Positions 47,178 to 61,015 of a stretch of DNA of 64,000 bases are shown piece after piece. Positions within the stretch are counted from its first letter, which is position 1; each line of letters opens with the position of its first letter. Below the pieces are notes generated by a model. That model saw nothing but the letters and a program-made list of their open reading frames with translations. It was not told where the DNA came from and did no database searches. The DNA comes from Fimbriosthenelais zetlandica (Eukaryota): NCBI GenBank assembly GCA_977030845.1, contig OZ365116.1:14198001-14262000 (forward strand). Direction: 5' to 3'. The position numbers and the translations under genes were made by a program.

Positions 47178-49519
47178 CAAACAAGGGCAACAGGAGGATC
47201 TAACAAGCAGACCTGGTCTGAAAGGCCAAAACACAAAGCAGGCCGGAGACGGTGAGTACACTGAGGGGATGTAACTGTAACCCTTACAAACATATAACGT
47301 CCATAGTCAGGCTCTAATTACAATAAGTCAGATCAATATATTGATGTTAGCTTTACAACATGTCACAATGTAAGCCATGAGGTCTGCTGCATGTATGGCC
47401 AGATATCCAGGCCAGCCAGGAGACATAATGCAGTATGTATGCAGTAAGTATAATATCAACTCTTATTCATTTAGAATAAAGTCTTTTTCGGAAGTCTTTT
47501 TCATGGTCATTTTCCATGGAATATTCTTTTTCGGAATATTTTTCATGGTTAAATTCACTGAACTTATCTTAAGACTTAAATATTCCGGTTTAGAAGGAAA
47601 AACATCTCAGCTGGATGATTGCTTTGTGATGGGGACTGAACCCGTCTCTCCCTCTTCCCCTGAGTGGTAAGGGGTGTGTCAAACCGTTAGTGCTACTTAG
47701 CATCCCCATCTACTATCAGTTAGAGTACAAACACCTAGATATCACCATTAAGTAGTTTTCAGGGTACTTTAAACTAAAGGACTTTTGAAGCCATACCAGA
47801 AAAAAGTTGAAGCCATCTCTTGGTATGAAATGATAGCAACGATAATCTTAAAATCAACAATTTTAAAGACTATAATATTTTATGGAGGTCGAGATTAAAG
47901 AATTAAGCTCCTCCTTGGTATGTGATGTGCATGACAGTACAAAATCCCATTATCAGGACATTATAAATGGAATGCAAATAATGTGATAGATATTTGGTTG
48001 AAGAGGAAGTGAAGACATTAACATAGCAGGTAGAAGTTGGGGGCTAGGATGAGCCCCGCCCACTTTCACCCAGTATTCTGACTTTTAATATAGACTGACA
48101 GGACTGACACCCCGCCATAGCCGGGGCTGGCGGGGCTGGCACGGCCAACATGCATCACATTCTCCACCTTCCTCCTGGCATCTCTCAATCAAGACCCAAA
48201 GTAATTTCTGATGATAAAAGTGACATGGCATCATGCTGAGTCTCTCTTTCTTCTCTAATTCCTGTCTTTACCCTCTCATAGCATTTCCATGTGTCCTTTA
48301 TTTTCTCTTTCTCCCATTCCTTGTACAAAGACGAATATGAATGTCTTTTACTCATCTTCAAAAGATAGACAGTCGTCAATAATGTTATCTCGTCCAGACA
48401 TTAAGTTTGAGGTTTTCCAACAACTGCTGCGTGTTTGTCACTGACATAACATTACTAAGAACATAAACATTCCCTTCTCATCCCTGAAAAACCTCTTCAG
48501 TTTAATAAGCCTTTTAGACACTAATTATAAACATTTTTAAGTACGTTTTGACCCTATGCCCCAAGCAGAGGGCCAGTATAGCTGTCCTACCCCCAAACCC
48601 CCACCCTCTACTCTTCCATTTTCTCTTTGTCTACCAAATTTCCTGTCGCAAACATCCTCAATATCATCTTGTATTTCTCTTCATACGTTTAACCTACATC
48701 CAAATTTTACATTTTTTTTTATCAAGTTTAAGCAATATTTCTCAAATTCTCATGGTCAATATCGCAGACTTTCATAGTATAGTATCTCTGGTTAGCACTG
48801 ATAACCTCAGACTTCTAGGTTAACATGTCGCCCCACCTCTGACTATGTATAGAGCGAGTCTTGATGGAGCCAGGGCGGGGTAGAACCCTTAACCCCCGTC
48901 ACCCTCACCCTACCAGATGCATGTTTTATTACCCAGGTTACATGTTAAAAGTGCATCAAAGCCAACCCTGCAACACATACCAACATCGTCTGGTAAGACT
49001 CGAAAAAAAGCTTCCCTTATTGTGTCCCTGGCGTCTTTCAATAATCCTTAACAACATGAACCATCAAACATGAATTCATAAAATATTCAGACATGATATT
49101 CTGTATGAGAAATGACAACTATTTTCCAAATTACAGACACTGGTTGTGATTTAGTCCAGGGCAGGGCCTGATATCACAAACCTAGACATCTATGGTCTGT
49201 GACACTTCAGAAACAGACTGTCGTAGTCTCCTTGATCCATTTATACTGCATCTTTAATCAGAAGTAAAACTGTATATTACTTCTAGAATAAGATACAATG
49301 TATTAGATACTGGCGTGCCACCTCACATTTTGAGTGAACCGGCTCTGACCTGCCAGATCAATCTCATGTCTTATACAAAGACATTTTCATATTCAGTGAG
49401 TCTTTAATCAGAAATAAAAAATTGATCGAGATCCGAGGAAAATGCAATGAACGGTAAGCAATTCATAAAGGAACAATAATAATGAGGAACAATAAACATT
49501 AAAAACAAATATATAATGC

Positions 49520-49699
49520 AATAGTGTAAACGATATAACGTTTTCTAACTTTACTGCTAAAAAGATACTCACAGCGATCGAGTGGTCTATGCAGTAGTAA
49601 GACCGGCGAGGACCAAAACCAATGCAGTTTAGAACTAATCCTTAATAGTGTAGACGATATAACATTGTCTAAGCTTAATGCTAAAAAGATACTCACAGC
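49520..49699 (+). repeat. Imperfect 56-bp direct repeat, offset 124 bp
   Basis: aatagtgta.acgatataac...tgctaaaaagatactcacagc at 49520-49575 and 49644-49699. Confidence 0.85.
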
Positions 49700-52600
49700 T
49701 GGCATATATGTATGATATAATGCGGTGTTGGTAAACCGAGCTCTTACCTGCAAAGATAAGAAAGATACATCAAACTAATGTTATTATCTGGCTACAAGTG
49801 GGGTTACTCCACCACATACACCACCAACCTTCTCTCTTATCAATTCACAATGGTATAGGCAAGTACTTTATCACCAGCGTCTACCAATCGCTCTGCTCCA
49901 CACGGCAGTAGGGGTATAATGGGGGTAATTGGGGGTGAGGGATACAAGGAGGAGGGGAGAAATTGGCAATAGGTGGAGGGAGATAATCAGATTAAGTGAG
50001 AATACGGGGCTTCTTCTGCCTGCTCCGAGACGAGGGATGAAGCGGATCGGATCCTATAACTGGTCGACAATTTGTTTCAGTATCTCTATTTGAGGTACCA
50101 CCCATTAGAAATTCAGGATACACTGAATTTCAGTCTAGAAGAAAGGATGGAATTGATTTTATTAGGAGACTGGACCGCATTCATTTAATTCATTTTTATT
50201 TTCAATTAAGATTAATGAGATCAATTTATGAGGGTCCGCAATGAATTCAAAATAAAATGAGGGTTGTTATGGAGCACACTTTTGTCTAAATTTGACTAAA
50301 ATATTATGGATCTGAAAATGTATTGATTTGGAAAGGTAGAGGCTCTACTTGGGCAGTGCCTAGTTGTAAAATTGATTCCAAATTAAAGCATGGTGAGTTT
50401 ACTAATTAACTTTCTACAACAATGGACCTAGTTCGGGTGTGGGATATAATATTGCCAGCCCCTTCAACATGCAGTCAGCTTTACGGTCTTTGTTAAGGAC
50501 CTGCCTTTTCCCCTGAGCGAGAACACTTTGTGTGAGTGTTAATTATTGATAAACACAGTCATTGTGGGGCAATAAGCGAGTGGTGCATTAATACGGACAA
50601 AATGACCATCACCCATCTATAGCTGACCATCTACACTAGTCTGATCCCATCCCTAATGTATTTTTATCAAGATGAAAAAACACTGGACTGTAGAAGTCAT
50701 TTTAATGTTTTTCCTAATTTTTCTATATTTTTCTGGCTGTATGAACGTAGCAGACCTGCTAGGGATCAATGACCTAAGTTAATATCTGACACGATCAGGG
50801 TTTTGTATGAATAAAGATGCATGACCCTAATAGTAGCTGGCCGGATTGTGTGGCACAGTCAATGCCAGATCTCTTTGCATTTATAGTGGACTATAGAGCT
50901 TAATACATACAGCTGATAAGTCGATGCTGTGTACACACATATATCGTTGTGTTCATAAGCATATTCCAAGGGTATAAGTGGCCAAGTAATACTATACATC
51001 AGTGCCAACCGCCCAAATATTAATACTGCACTGAGTACACTATATTTTTTATAGGTTCTATATAGTGTTTATATCAGATGAAATGATAAATGATATGTAT
51101 GTGATAAATGGATTGAATAAAGTAATATAGGGAAGGCTGGTGACAAGTCTAGACTAATGGGTCAGCATCACCTGAGGACTGGAGGAGGAGAATGACCCAA
51201 AACAAGGGAGGAGGACGGAATGGCCGGAGGGGGGATGGGTGAATAGCGGAGCAGCCGGGCCCTCAATGGGCACTGGCAGCAGGTTAGTGTGATCCAGAAT
51301 ATCCCCGGGGGGCGCTAGGGTAGATATGGGGAGAAAAGGCTTTTAGGAAAAAAATTCGTATAGAGAAAAGGGTGGATGTTAAGATGAAGTAGGAAAGATA
51401 GGTTCTGACATTTGAAACTGTAAAATGTAACAGAGTGACTTATTACATATTTGTCTAATGCTTGGCTGCACCATTTGATGAGAAATTAGTAGATAAAACC
51501 CGTATCAATTATAGAAAAATATTGTTTTTCAATTACTGAAGTCTAATGAAGTGGAAGAAGAACACAACGACAAAGAAAAACTCGTACATTGCTCTCATTC
51601 CAGCTGGGCGACATGAGAGAGATAGAGAGACGGGGAGAGGCATGTAGGCTGCCATCACCACCACAACCTCAAAAAACTCACATAATTAAAAGCACTCACT
51701 CTTCCCTTTACATCTAAGTATTAGAGGTTTTTTTTAATCAAATGGCTGTCACATTACAGCCCCTATATCCATGTAAGCCCCATACTGTTATTATTTCTCA
51801 TCTTTTTCCCATACACAATAATTGTGACAAATGTGGTAATGGCAATGCTTTGAGTTAATAGTAATAAAAATACTATTAATCTTGGAAGCAAAATGCGCAA
51901 TATTGAGAACAACTACCCTATAAGCGTCATCAGGGTATGTTATGGACAAATACAGGAAGAGATCCTTAATAGTGTTCTCATTATTTCAATCATATATCAT
52001 AATTTTTTTTTTTATATTTCCCAGTACATAACATGGCCCACCCAGATGACATCTCGAAATAATTTTACGACTGGATGCACACATTTTTCTCTTCTTTTAT
52101 CAGTATAAAGAGTTAGAAGTACATAACCATTATGTACATATTACTTGGTGAAATGATGTTCTTTTCTACTCGCCACCCCTTCTCCCATGGTGTTTACAAA
52201 TCACTAGTGTCATATAGTCCATGTTTATGACAAGCGTGTGTTATTTGGTTGTCAGGGTGTGTTAGTGTCCTACCTAACCTACCAACATTAAGACCATTGT
52301 TCACCCCCTGTATCCAAGCATGAGAGATGGGGAGGCAGGGAGGGGGGTGGGCGGGGTAGATGCAAAGAGAAACTGCCAATGCGTTTCTAAGGTCAATGCA
52401 ACATGAAAAGCCATTCCTGGGCGAATGTCAACAACCATTTGTTACAAACGTTAGAGTATTCACGGAGAAACCAAATCGTATGATGTCAGAAAAGAAGTAT
52501 TCTTATCCGTCTTTCTTCTCCTTCTGGGTGGGAGCCAAAATGGCAATAATACTAATGTCAAGTCGTCTCCAAAACAACTGTCACGTCTCCCCAAGAAAGC

Positions 52601-55600
52601 CATTTGTTCCTTAAATCATGTTTATGACTGGTCACTACATGTTTATGATTCACCCTAGAATCATATCAGAAAGTACAATAATCTTCCTACACTGAAGACA
52701 ACCCAATATATCTAACAATTCTCACTTTACGATCTCTAGATCCGTATACATTCATTTCTCCCGGACACGCTCATCATACATACAAAGCTGTGAGTGGGAA
52801 TCAAGCTAACATATCCATTCTTGTCCTGGCTATTTTTTTTTCAGAAAGCAAATCTGACGATCACAGTGAGTGAAGAACTATACCTGCTCTCCGTGTGTGA
52901 CATGAATCAGTTTCTACATGTTCCATGCCATTTTTCTGGGAATGTTTTGCGCAGACTAATATGTACTCACATGGGCCAGGGTGTGGATGCCCTGGCTCGG
53001 ATTTAAAAATCCATATTAAATTCCGCCATGTGATGCTTTCTACTACCTTATGTGTACATAACTTAATATCTCAGTTAACGGGCTTGTAAGTGCTGCTGGT
53101 TGTTTGGATTGGATAGGTCTTTCACACGCTAGATTCCAGGAATGGGATAGGAACATATCACCCATACCAGAAGCAGTTCAGTGGAGCCATAATATAGAAC
53201 ACGATTAAGGCATTAATATAGTGGACTTATAATGGCAATACATTCATGTGGTATGAAAGTATATCAATGACACTTGGTCATGAAAAAGATCTTCTGCATC
53301 TTTAGAAATACTATAGATCCTTATCCACAGATAGCGAACAAGATAGTTGATATCCAGAAACCTGTTTTCTATCAAAATACGCTATGTATCTTTGCTGAGT
53401 TTTTAACTGGAAAACGAAGAAGCATTGTCATATCTCTGAGTAGACAAGATACTAGCTTGTCTCTTAGTACGATATGTGTACTTAGGATTAAATGACATCA
53501 GAATAATAGTTGTGAGTTATCTTAAAAGGTATCCAAACAGGTGTCAGCATTCAACAGGTTGATGTAGGGGGAGTGGGGAGGGGAGATGGATGGATGGAGA
53601 GAGGTATTGAGGGAATAGAGAGGGTGGAAATGAAAAGCTTGTAGAGAGAAAACAGCAGGGGCGTAATACGACATGAAAATAAAGGCAGTGGAGTAGAAGT
53701 CCTGAGAAATCCATCATGAAATGTATTCATTGTGTAACTCACTTGACTTGACTCAAACTCCGAGTTGAAAGCAGCCCAAAAAAATGTTTAGAAAACGCAT
53801 GAAATTTGAATTAAAACGAGGCAAGGAAAGATCTTAGACAAAGGAAACCGATAAGGTTTAACCATAAAATATCAAGATATATATATATGCTCTTGCATTG
53901 CAACAAAGAGTGGGAGGAACATTAGATTTCAGACTAACGTATATATGGGTGGATATAATGGGCATGGCAGCCAAAGCCTGCTTTTTAAAGGACTGCTAAT
54001 GGGTGTGTTAAAAAGCGCTTAGATGGATATACATTATACATACTGGCAAACTGGCATCTCTTAATAAAAAGGGGAAACATTTTAAGCCATAATTCAAGTG
54101 ACTTGTCTTATTGAGGGATATATATGCAAGTTCAACATATATATCTTATTGCCTGGATGAAACATCAAAAGCTCTTTATTTTCACTAGTTCATATATCAC
54201 TGGTGGGGAGAGAGCAAGGGACAAAAGACCTCAGCGGGCTTTTCATAGCTTCACACCTATTCCTGGTGTTTGCATTTCTAAAAAATAGCCTCGATCGTCT
54301 AACAGCCAGGAGTGGATCTTCAATGATGTCCTGTCAGTAAAGCAAACTTACACGACCTTGGGGAGGACCCTGACAGTAGGGATCCTGGCCATGTTTTTCA
54401 CGCCGTCTACAGTATGTTTTATGTAGTATGAAGTCCCCTGTTGCTTTGCTAGTAAAGTCCCTTAAAGAGATCTTTATATGTGTCTACTGCGTGTGAAATA
54501 ACCCCCAGTGCAATTTTAAAACTCTCCCATATCTGTTATGGCTCAAGGGAAAATGCATGCTGAGTTATTTATGTTCACATAGAAATCATACTAACGTTTG
54601 CACATGAGAGACTACAGTGAGAATTATACATTTTCAAACACGGTAAGAAACAACCTTTAATCTTTGTCTAGATACAGGTTCCACTTTCACATAGAACTAA
54701 GTTATTTGACCTAAGAGAGAAAGGTATAAGCTTCCCCCATGATAATCAATATCACTTAATATCAATTAATGGTGTGTGAAGTGACACTAGTCAGTCAGGG
54801 GTTAATGCATGAGGCCTGGCTAGGTGTAGTAGGGGTATACAGGTGCAGTAAAGCGTACATACAAAGGCTGGATATAAGATCCAAGCTGAGTCATTGTGGT
54901 GGTCATTCAACTCCGGGGATCCACGATTTCACTTCTCAAGTTACACATCAAATGGGTGATGAGTGATGGTCAAATAAAGGGACCACAAATGGATAACATA
55001 GTGCGGACCATCCAAAGGTCTCACCTGGGCAAAGGTCGAGGTGTCTGTCCTCAATGGGATACAAAGGTGGATTTAAATAGTTCAAATTCTCTCAAATAAT
55101 CTGATCTAAATGGTCAAAGATCAGACATTTTCTCGTAATTTCAGGGATCGAGAAATTATAATATATAAGGACCATTGTTTAATAACTTAGATCTTAATGG
55201 TCGTACTTTCCTTTGTTGATATAAAGAGGACAGATGTAGAGGGGTATTAAGTGTACCCCCTACCTGCCCCCCTAGTTACCTGACACCAGGTACTGACCAT
55301 CCATCAGGTGAGATGAGGGGGGTGTAGTCACCATTACCTGGTATATACATCATCACCTAGACACGCCTACCACTCTATCAACAGCGGAGCTAACCTCAAC
55401 CCTGAGTACCTAATACCTGCACCATTCTTACTAATGGATATTTTTATTTAATTTTAAGGTATCTTCTCCCATCCGTACCATATCCCATAGACCATATATG
55501 TATGCTTTGTACAGATCACTAAATATGGAAGATGTATATATATGCCCCGTGGGAAAACTTTCGAATTCATTGACATCAATGAAAGGTCTTAAGAATTGAG

Positions 55601-55651
55601 CATAACAATGTCTAACTTTTAAGTATAGCTGCATGTCGACCATTGTATCTT

Positions 55652-55805
55652 TGACCTTGAATCACCATGGAGGTTTTTGATGATGACCTTGGACTATCTG
55701 ACTATAGACTCGTCTCAGTTGTAAGCTTCTCTACTGTGACATCACCTCTTTAGATATTGACTTTACCTCGGGCAGGTTGACCTTGATGATCCAAGTTTGA
55801 CCTTG
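55652..55805. promoter_or_regulatory. Four exact TGACCTTG octamers (nuclear-receptor extended half-site-like, or repeat-derived)
   Basis: TGACCTTG at 55652, 55684, 55778 and 55798. Confidence 0.35.
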
Positions 55806-58800
55806 ATAGCTGGCGGTAGTCATGGTAATAGTGGGTGAGGAGGCGGGAGGTGATCAACTCTACTACCATCATCAGACTCATCTCTCTTATTGAATGTACC
55901 CTCAACTTCTCATGTCTAAACTACTCTCACTTCCAAATAATATCTACTTTCACAAAGTGGGCTTTCAGAAGTTAGCAATAGTCAATTACACAGGGGCTTG
56001 ATGGGGCAGGCAGCAAATAAGCTCCACTCACGAACAATACTCAACCAAAAACATGTTTAAAAGGTTGCGATGAACGTAATAATAAAAATACTTATTACTA
56101 TCTACATCATTTTCTATTACCTACTGGCATTATATCAGACCACAACTTGCAAATAGAAATTCAGCGCGGGTCCTCAACCTCCCGCTCCATCTTACCAACC
56201 CCTTTCCGCCTTTCACACAAACTAGAGTAACTTCTGTCTCTTCCAGGCCTATTCCCTCGACCATCAGCCAAGAGAATGCATTACAGAAATCAATTTACAA
56301 GCACAGACGGGCCGCTCGGCGTATCTGAGACGATATCTGAGTCCGCTCCACGTACCTGATGGTCTGATTAGATAAGCCGGAGACGCAGTCCCCAGTTTAT
56401 ACACCAAATCAGCCTGATATACGACACGATCAAACCTCCAATTGTCCCTCACGTTCTCCCGGCCTTTTTACACACCACTTCTTACTGCTTTCTACCAGAC
56501 AAACACGAAGGCCGGGGGTAATGGGAGGAAATATGATCTAGAATAATGTCACATTATATTGTAGCCAGCACTAGACGGTATAGTAAGTATATACTTAGGG
56601 CTGAGAATGGAGGGAAAATATTGGTAAAGTGGAAGCAAATGTTTATTGTAAATTGATGTGATATGGTTAGGCCTAACTCTTCCATCCAGCCTATTAGGCC
56701 CCCCATGGGTAGGGGGGTATATGATTCGGACGCAGCATCAATGAACGTGGGACATGGGAGGAATATCATTCAAAACTGGGGTATTTTGCCTTAACAGAAT
56801 CCAGGACTAAAAGATTTATCCTGTCAGCTCAGCTGTGGGTGTTACACTATAGGTATAGGCCCCACTGATCCGTACATAGATTGCTATAGGTATCCCATAC
56901 ACAGCCCACCTCCCCACCTTTCAATGACTCAGCATTATTCTCTCAATGATTGCCGGGATGTACCTGGATGACCCATTGATTGTCTCATCCTCCATTGATC
57001 AGGCAAGTATTGTGACTGGTCTGTCAAGCTGCCTCACCCACTAACCTCTCACACAAAGATGAGAGTCGATTAATACACCATCAGGCAAGATTGATCCCAT
57101 TCACATCATCTCCCCCTGGCCTATAGCTACTACTACCAGCTCCCAGCCCGGGCTCACCACTTCAAAGAAAGCCCCCACGGCCCCGGGCTGTTTAGATTAG
57201 TGAATAATTAAACACAGCGCTTGTTAATCAAGTTCAGTTGGAAGTGGCCTTCATTTGCTCTGGGATTATTGTATGCTTATGTTATAATACTGGGTGCATA
57301 TCTAAAACTCAAAGCTAGGGATCCATTTGCGAACAAAAATGGCAAATTTAAATGAAGGTCCACACCGCTATAGTTTCCCCAGAGCCTTCTTCATACATAG
57401 CTTGCAGAATCCAAATGAAAAAAAATATATTTCAAGAGGAAATATTCCATATTTTTCTGTCCACTGAGATGTGTGTTAGGATGAATGGGAGAAAGTTAAA
57501 GGATGGATGTCTAATGGTAGCTCTATCTACCAACCAGACACCACAACAGGGGGTCCATTCTCAGTGGACACAAGTGAGGGAGGTCAGCAAGGGTCAGGGG
57601 TGACCATTAGTGGACTGACCAACTCAATTTGTCGGTGGGAATTGTTGTGTTGCTTTTGCTGCGTGCACTGCAAGTGTGGAATAGCTGAGAAGGAAAGGAG
57701 GGGTTAGCATGATTCTCAAAGGAACGGTGGAGAAGGAAGGATAGTGGGGGTTGAATTGAAGCCCAAAGGATGTTACAATAGCATAGAATCTCGTAGTAAT
57801 CATGAAATCGTCCACTGAATATGGATCTAATTATACCTGCGGCGGGGAGATATTAAATTTAAAACCTAGCGGGTTCGAACCCTGGATGCTAAACCCTCAG
57901 GAGGTTGCAATTAATCCCTGGTTCAATTTGTCACACATTGTTAGTGGTGGGTTTGGGATGTCAGAGAGTGGGTGTACAGGTTTAGGTGTTGGGGCTTGGA
58001 TCTGTTTATTCAGGTGGCAGGGGCAATCACCTTGTGACACTGGAGACTGGAGGAATCAGGAATTCCTCAAATCAACTGGTGGAACTCTTTGATCTTGCTG
58101 CCTGATACATTCCTAAAGATTAGGTGAAACTTATTGAATTATCAGCATTATCGACTCGGTTAATTATATTAGCCACATTCTAATAACGTCTATTTAAAAA
58201 ATGACCCATCAATATGAACATGAAACCTGCATTTTCATAACATGAAAAGAGTTATGGACCAATAAGACTTTTTTCTTTCATAAGCTCACCGGAGAGCAAG
58301 GCTATAAGAGCAATGTTTACATAGATAAAACTCAAAATGTCATTTTTCATTAGAGAATGCTCAGCATGTTGAGCCCTGTGCCCCCTGAAGGCCACATGGG
58401 AGCTTCATATATCACAGTCCAGCTGGTAGACGCCCAGCTCACGCCTTCCTCCTGCTAGAGTTCTCATATACAAAGTGTACACATGTTTAGTTATATACAT
58501 TTTAATCTAAGTATACAACATGTACATGTCGGTGGACTTGAATAGGAATCGCCATACTGGTAGCTTAATTTAAATGCCCAGAAGAACTTTTGTCACTTTT
58601 ATAATTATAAAACTTTTCCTTCTATTCCCGATATTAATCCCTTGGTTGATAAATAATGCACAGTTTCCAGACCTGTGGTAACTGGAGATGGCAGGATTAT
58701 TGGTGCATTATCTATAACCTCTTAAAACATTCCATTCTACTCGTCCATACAAATATAGAAACGTGAAACTTAAGATTTATATGTGGGGAATATATGGTAT

Positions 58801-58968
58801 GCCCGCAGATCAATAAATCCAGAGTTTAGTTGGGCGGTAACACAAATACAGACATTTTTGGCAAAAGTTTAGCTGAAGCAGCTGTTCCTGGGGGGGATGG
58901 GCCGTTTGTGCATGCGGAACTATCCCATACGTTGGCACGGGCCCATCTCCATGCAGCAGTGTCAGTTG

Positions 58969-58997
58969 GGAGGGGGCGCGGGGGGGGGGGGGGGGTG
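58969..58997 (+). repeat. Poly-G tract, potential G-quadruplex
   Basis: gggagggggcgcg followed by a long G run and tgg. Confidence 0.7.
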
Positions 58998-60754
58998 GAC
59001 CTTTGCCTGGACCTCCAGAATGACCTCCAGGGTCCGGGTCATCCGGGAATCATTCACAGCTAATGTCAACAATCAGCAAAACATGATATGTTCTCATGCG
59101 GGATTGTAACAATGATATATCATGAGTGGTGTAGGTCCAGGTTAATAATGTTTTAAGTGTTCGCCAGAAACCGAGGTTTATTTCAGGAGTTATCTTATGG
59201 GAAAATGACACTGTTGCTGGCTATCTCTGCCAAATTCCAGACGTGAAACATCATATCACTTCCTCCAAAACGTAACAGACTAAGTCTCTTCCATCACGCT
59301 CCACAAAAATTGGTCCATACTTCATGGAAGTGTTTACCCCCATCTTCCACCAAATCTTATCCTGGCAAAAATTATTAATTTGTTATGTATTTTATCTATT
59401 TTTTTCTCTCAAAGATAAACGGATTGCTTGTACTGATACTGTACTCCTCTCCTCGCCTCTCTCTAAACATTTCATGTGCAGGCAGGCAGCTGACGTAAGA
59501 CTCTAGTCACACATATTAATGTTGCCATCCTGATGTTTCTGTTAGGATATGATGAATGTCAGAGGAGATATCTCTAAGTATGAAGGGATTTTTCGCTACA
59601 TGTTTTGCCTATTTCTCATCGATAAAACACTAAATAGATGTCTGACATCTGTCAGATTGCGGCCAAATCTAATTCCTCTGCTTTTTCATGAGATATTTAT
59701 CGACAGCTTGGTATCACCCATGGCTTACGCCTATACGAGAAATAACATAACTCGACAGACGAGAAAATCTGGCTCTAGCTTGTCTCAAATTGGCAACTTT
59801 TGAATAATATTTTATATTATGGGCAAGGTAAAGTGAAGGTGTCACTTTTAATTGTCAACAAAATACTGAATTTTGTAATATTGTATATAACTCCAACAGA
59901 AGACATTAGGAGAGTTGTGAAAGAGAATGAGGGACTACATGGGAATTGGCAGCCCAGAAAATACAAAACGACATGTCAGGAAGCTAAACATATTCCCACT
60001 TCCTGTTGTACGTACCCAGAATTCCCCACTCTTCCGGGGTCTAGGGACACTAGTCACGTGATATATACTAGTACATGTGGTTGTCGCTAGTCGTCGTCCC
60101 GTGGGGTCGGGGGGTTGGTGTCTGTATGTAGGGTGGTGTTAATAGAAAGGAGAGAGACTGTGGTGGGGATTTAAAGAGAGAGTGTCGGCAGTGGTTTACT
60201 TGAGAAATGGCAGTGTTATATCAACCAGTCAAACAATGTTCATTTTGAAAGGTACAAAATATATTTTGTATTAAGACCATCTTAAGAGTCAAACTGAGTG
60301 AATTTCTTTATTACTCATTTGACTCATTAAAACAGAAAATTCAGAAATATATATTTTATACGAAGGGATTTTGTCTTAATATGTTTCCCTCTTGAGAAAA
60401 TAAACCAACCTCACTTGTAAGCCAAACAACAGAATTTAAAACAATTTTCTCTTTGACCTGTACCTATTAGATGACTGTAATAGGTATAGAAGGCAGTGTA
60501 CCATTGGTCTCATTGACTCTGGTCTTCCTCACCCCTCTTCATAGTCCACCCATCTAGTCTAGACAGCTTCTATAAGGCGCACCTTGACCAAGGCTGACAG
60601 GCTGAATCAATGGGTCAGTGCGGCAGAACAGTGGTCATCACCTTACACTGACCATTCCCAAACATATATACATAATGGGGTAGAGTGATGATGTAAGGCA
60701 CACTCAGCTACTATCACCCTACTGTCAACTGGTCAAAAATGTAAATTGTTATTC

Positions 60755-61015
60755 CAGGATTCCCAGCAGTTCACGAAAACAAAATTTCCCTGAGTAAGCC
60801 CAAAAATTCCAGGAGATATTTTAGTCATATGAAGCACTGTGAACTTCTGTGGCGGGCATGGTATTGTACGCGTCAACGTCTGAAAGATTATCCTTCTGAG
60901 TTAGTGTTGAAATTCCATGAGTTTTCCCTGGGTTTTCCAGTGTTTAACATTCGCTGAGTTTTCCCTGTCTGGAAAAAGTAATTTTCCCTGATTTCCATAG
61001 TCACTGGGAACCAAT
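60755..61015 (+). mobile_element. hAT-like MITE, copy 3
   Basis: Begins caggattcccag and ends cactgggaacca (imperfect terminal inverted repeat). Core aattccaggagatattttagtcatatgaagcac and ttttccctg subrepeats are shared with copies 1 and 2. Confidence 0.7.

Noticed and set aside
12620-52862. Isolated plus-strand AG...GT micro-segments (for example about 12638-12666, 14352-14380 and 52843-52863)
   Set aside because: Such splice-like pairs are expected by chance, and they do not form a consistent phase chain.
57871-57882. GGGTTCGAACCC, a B-box/T-arm-like motif
   Set aside because: No A-box, acceptor stem or cloverleaf surrounds it. At most a SINE remnant.
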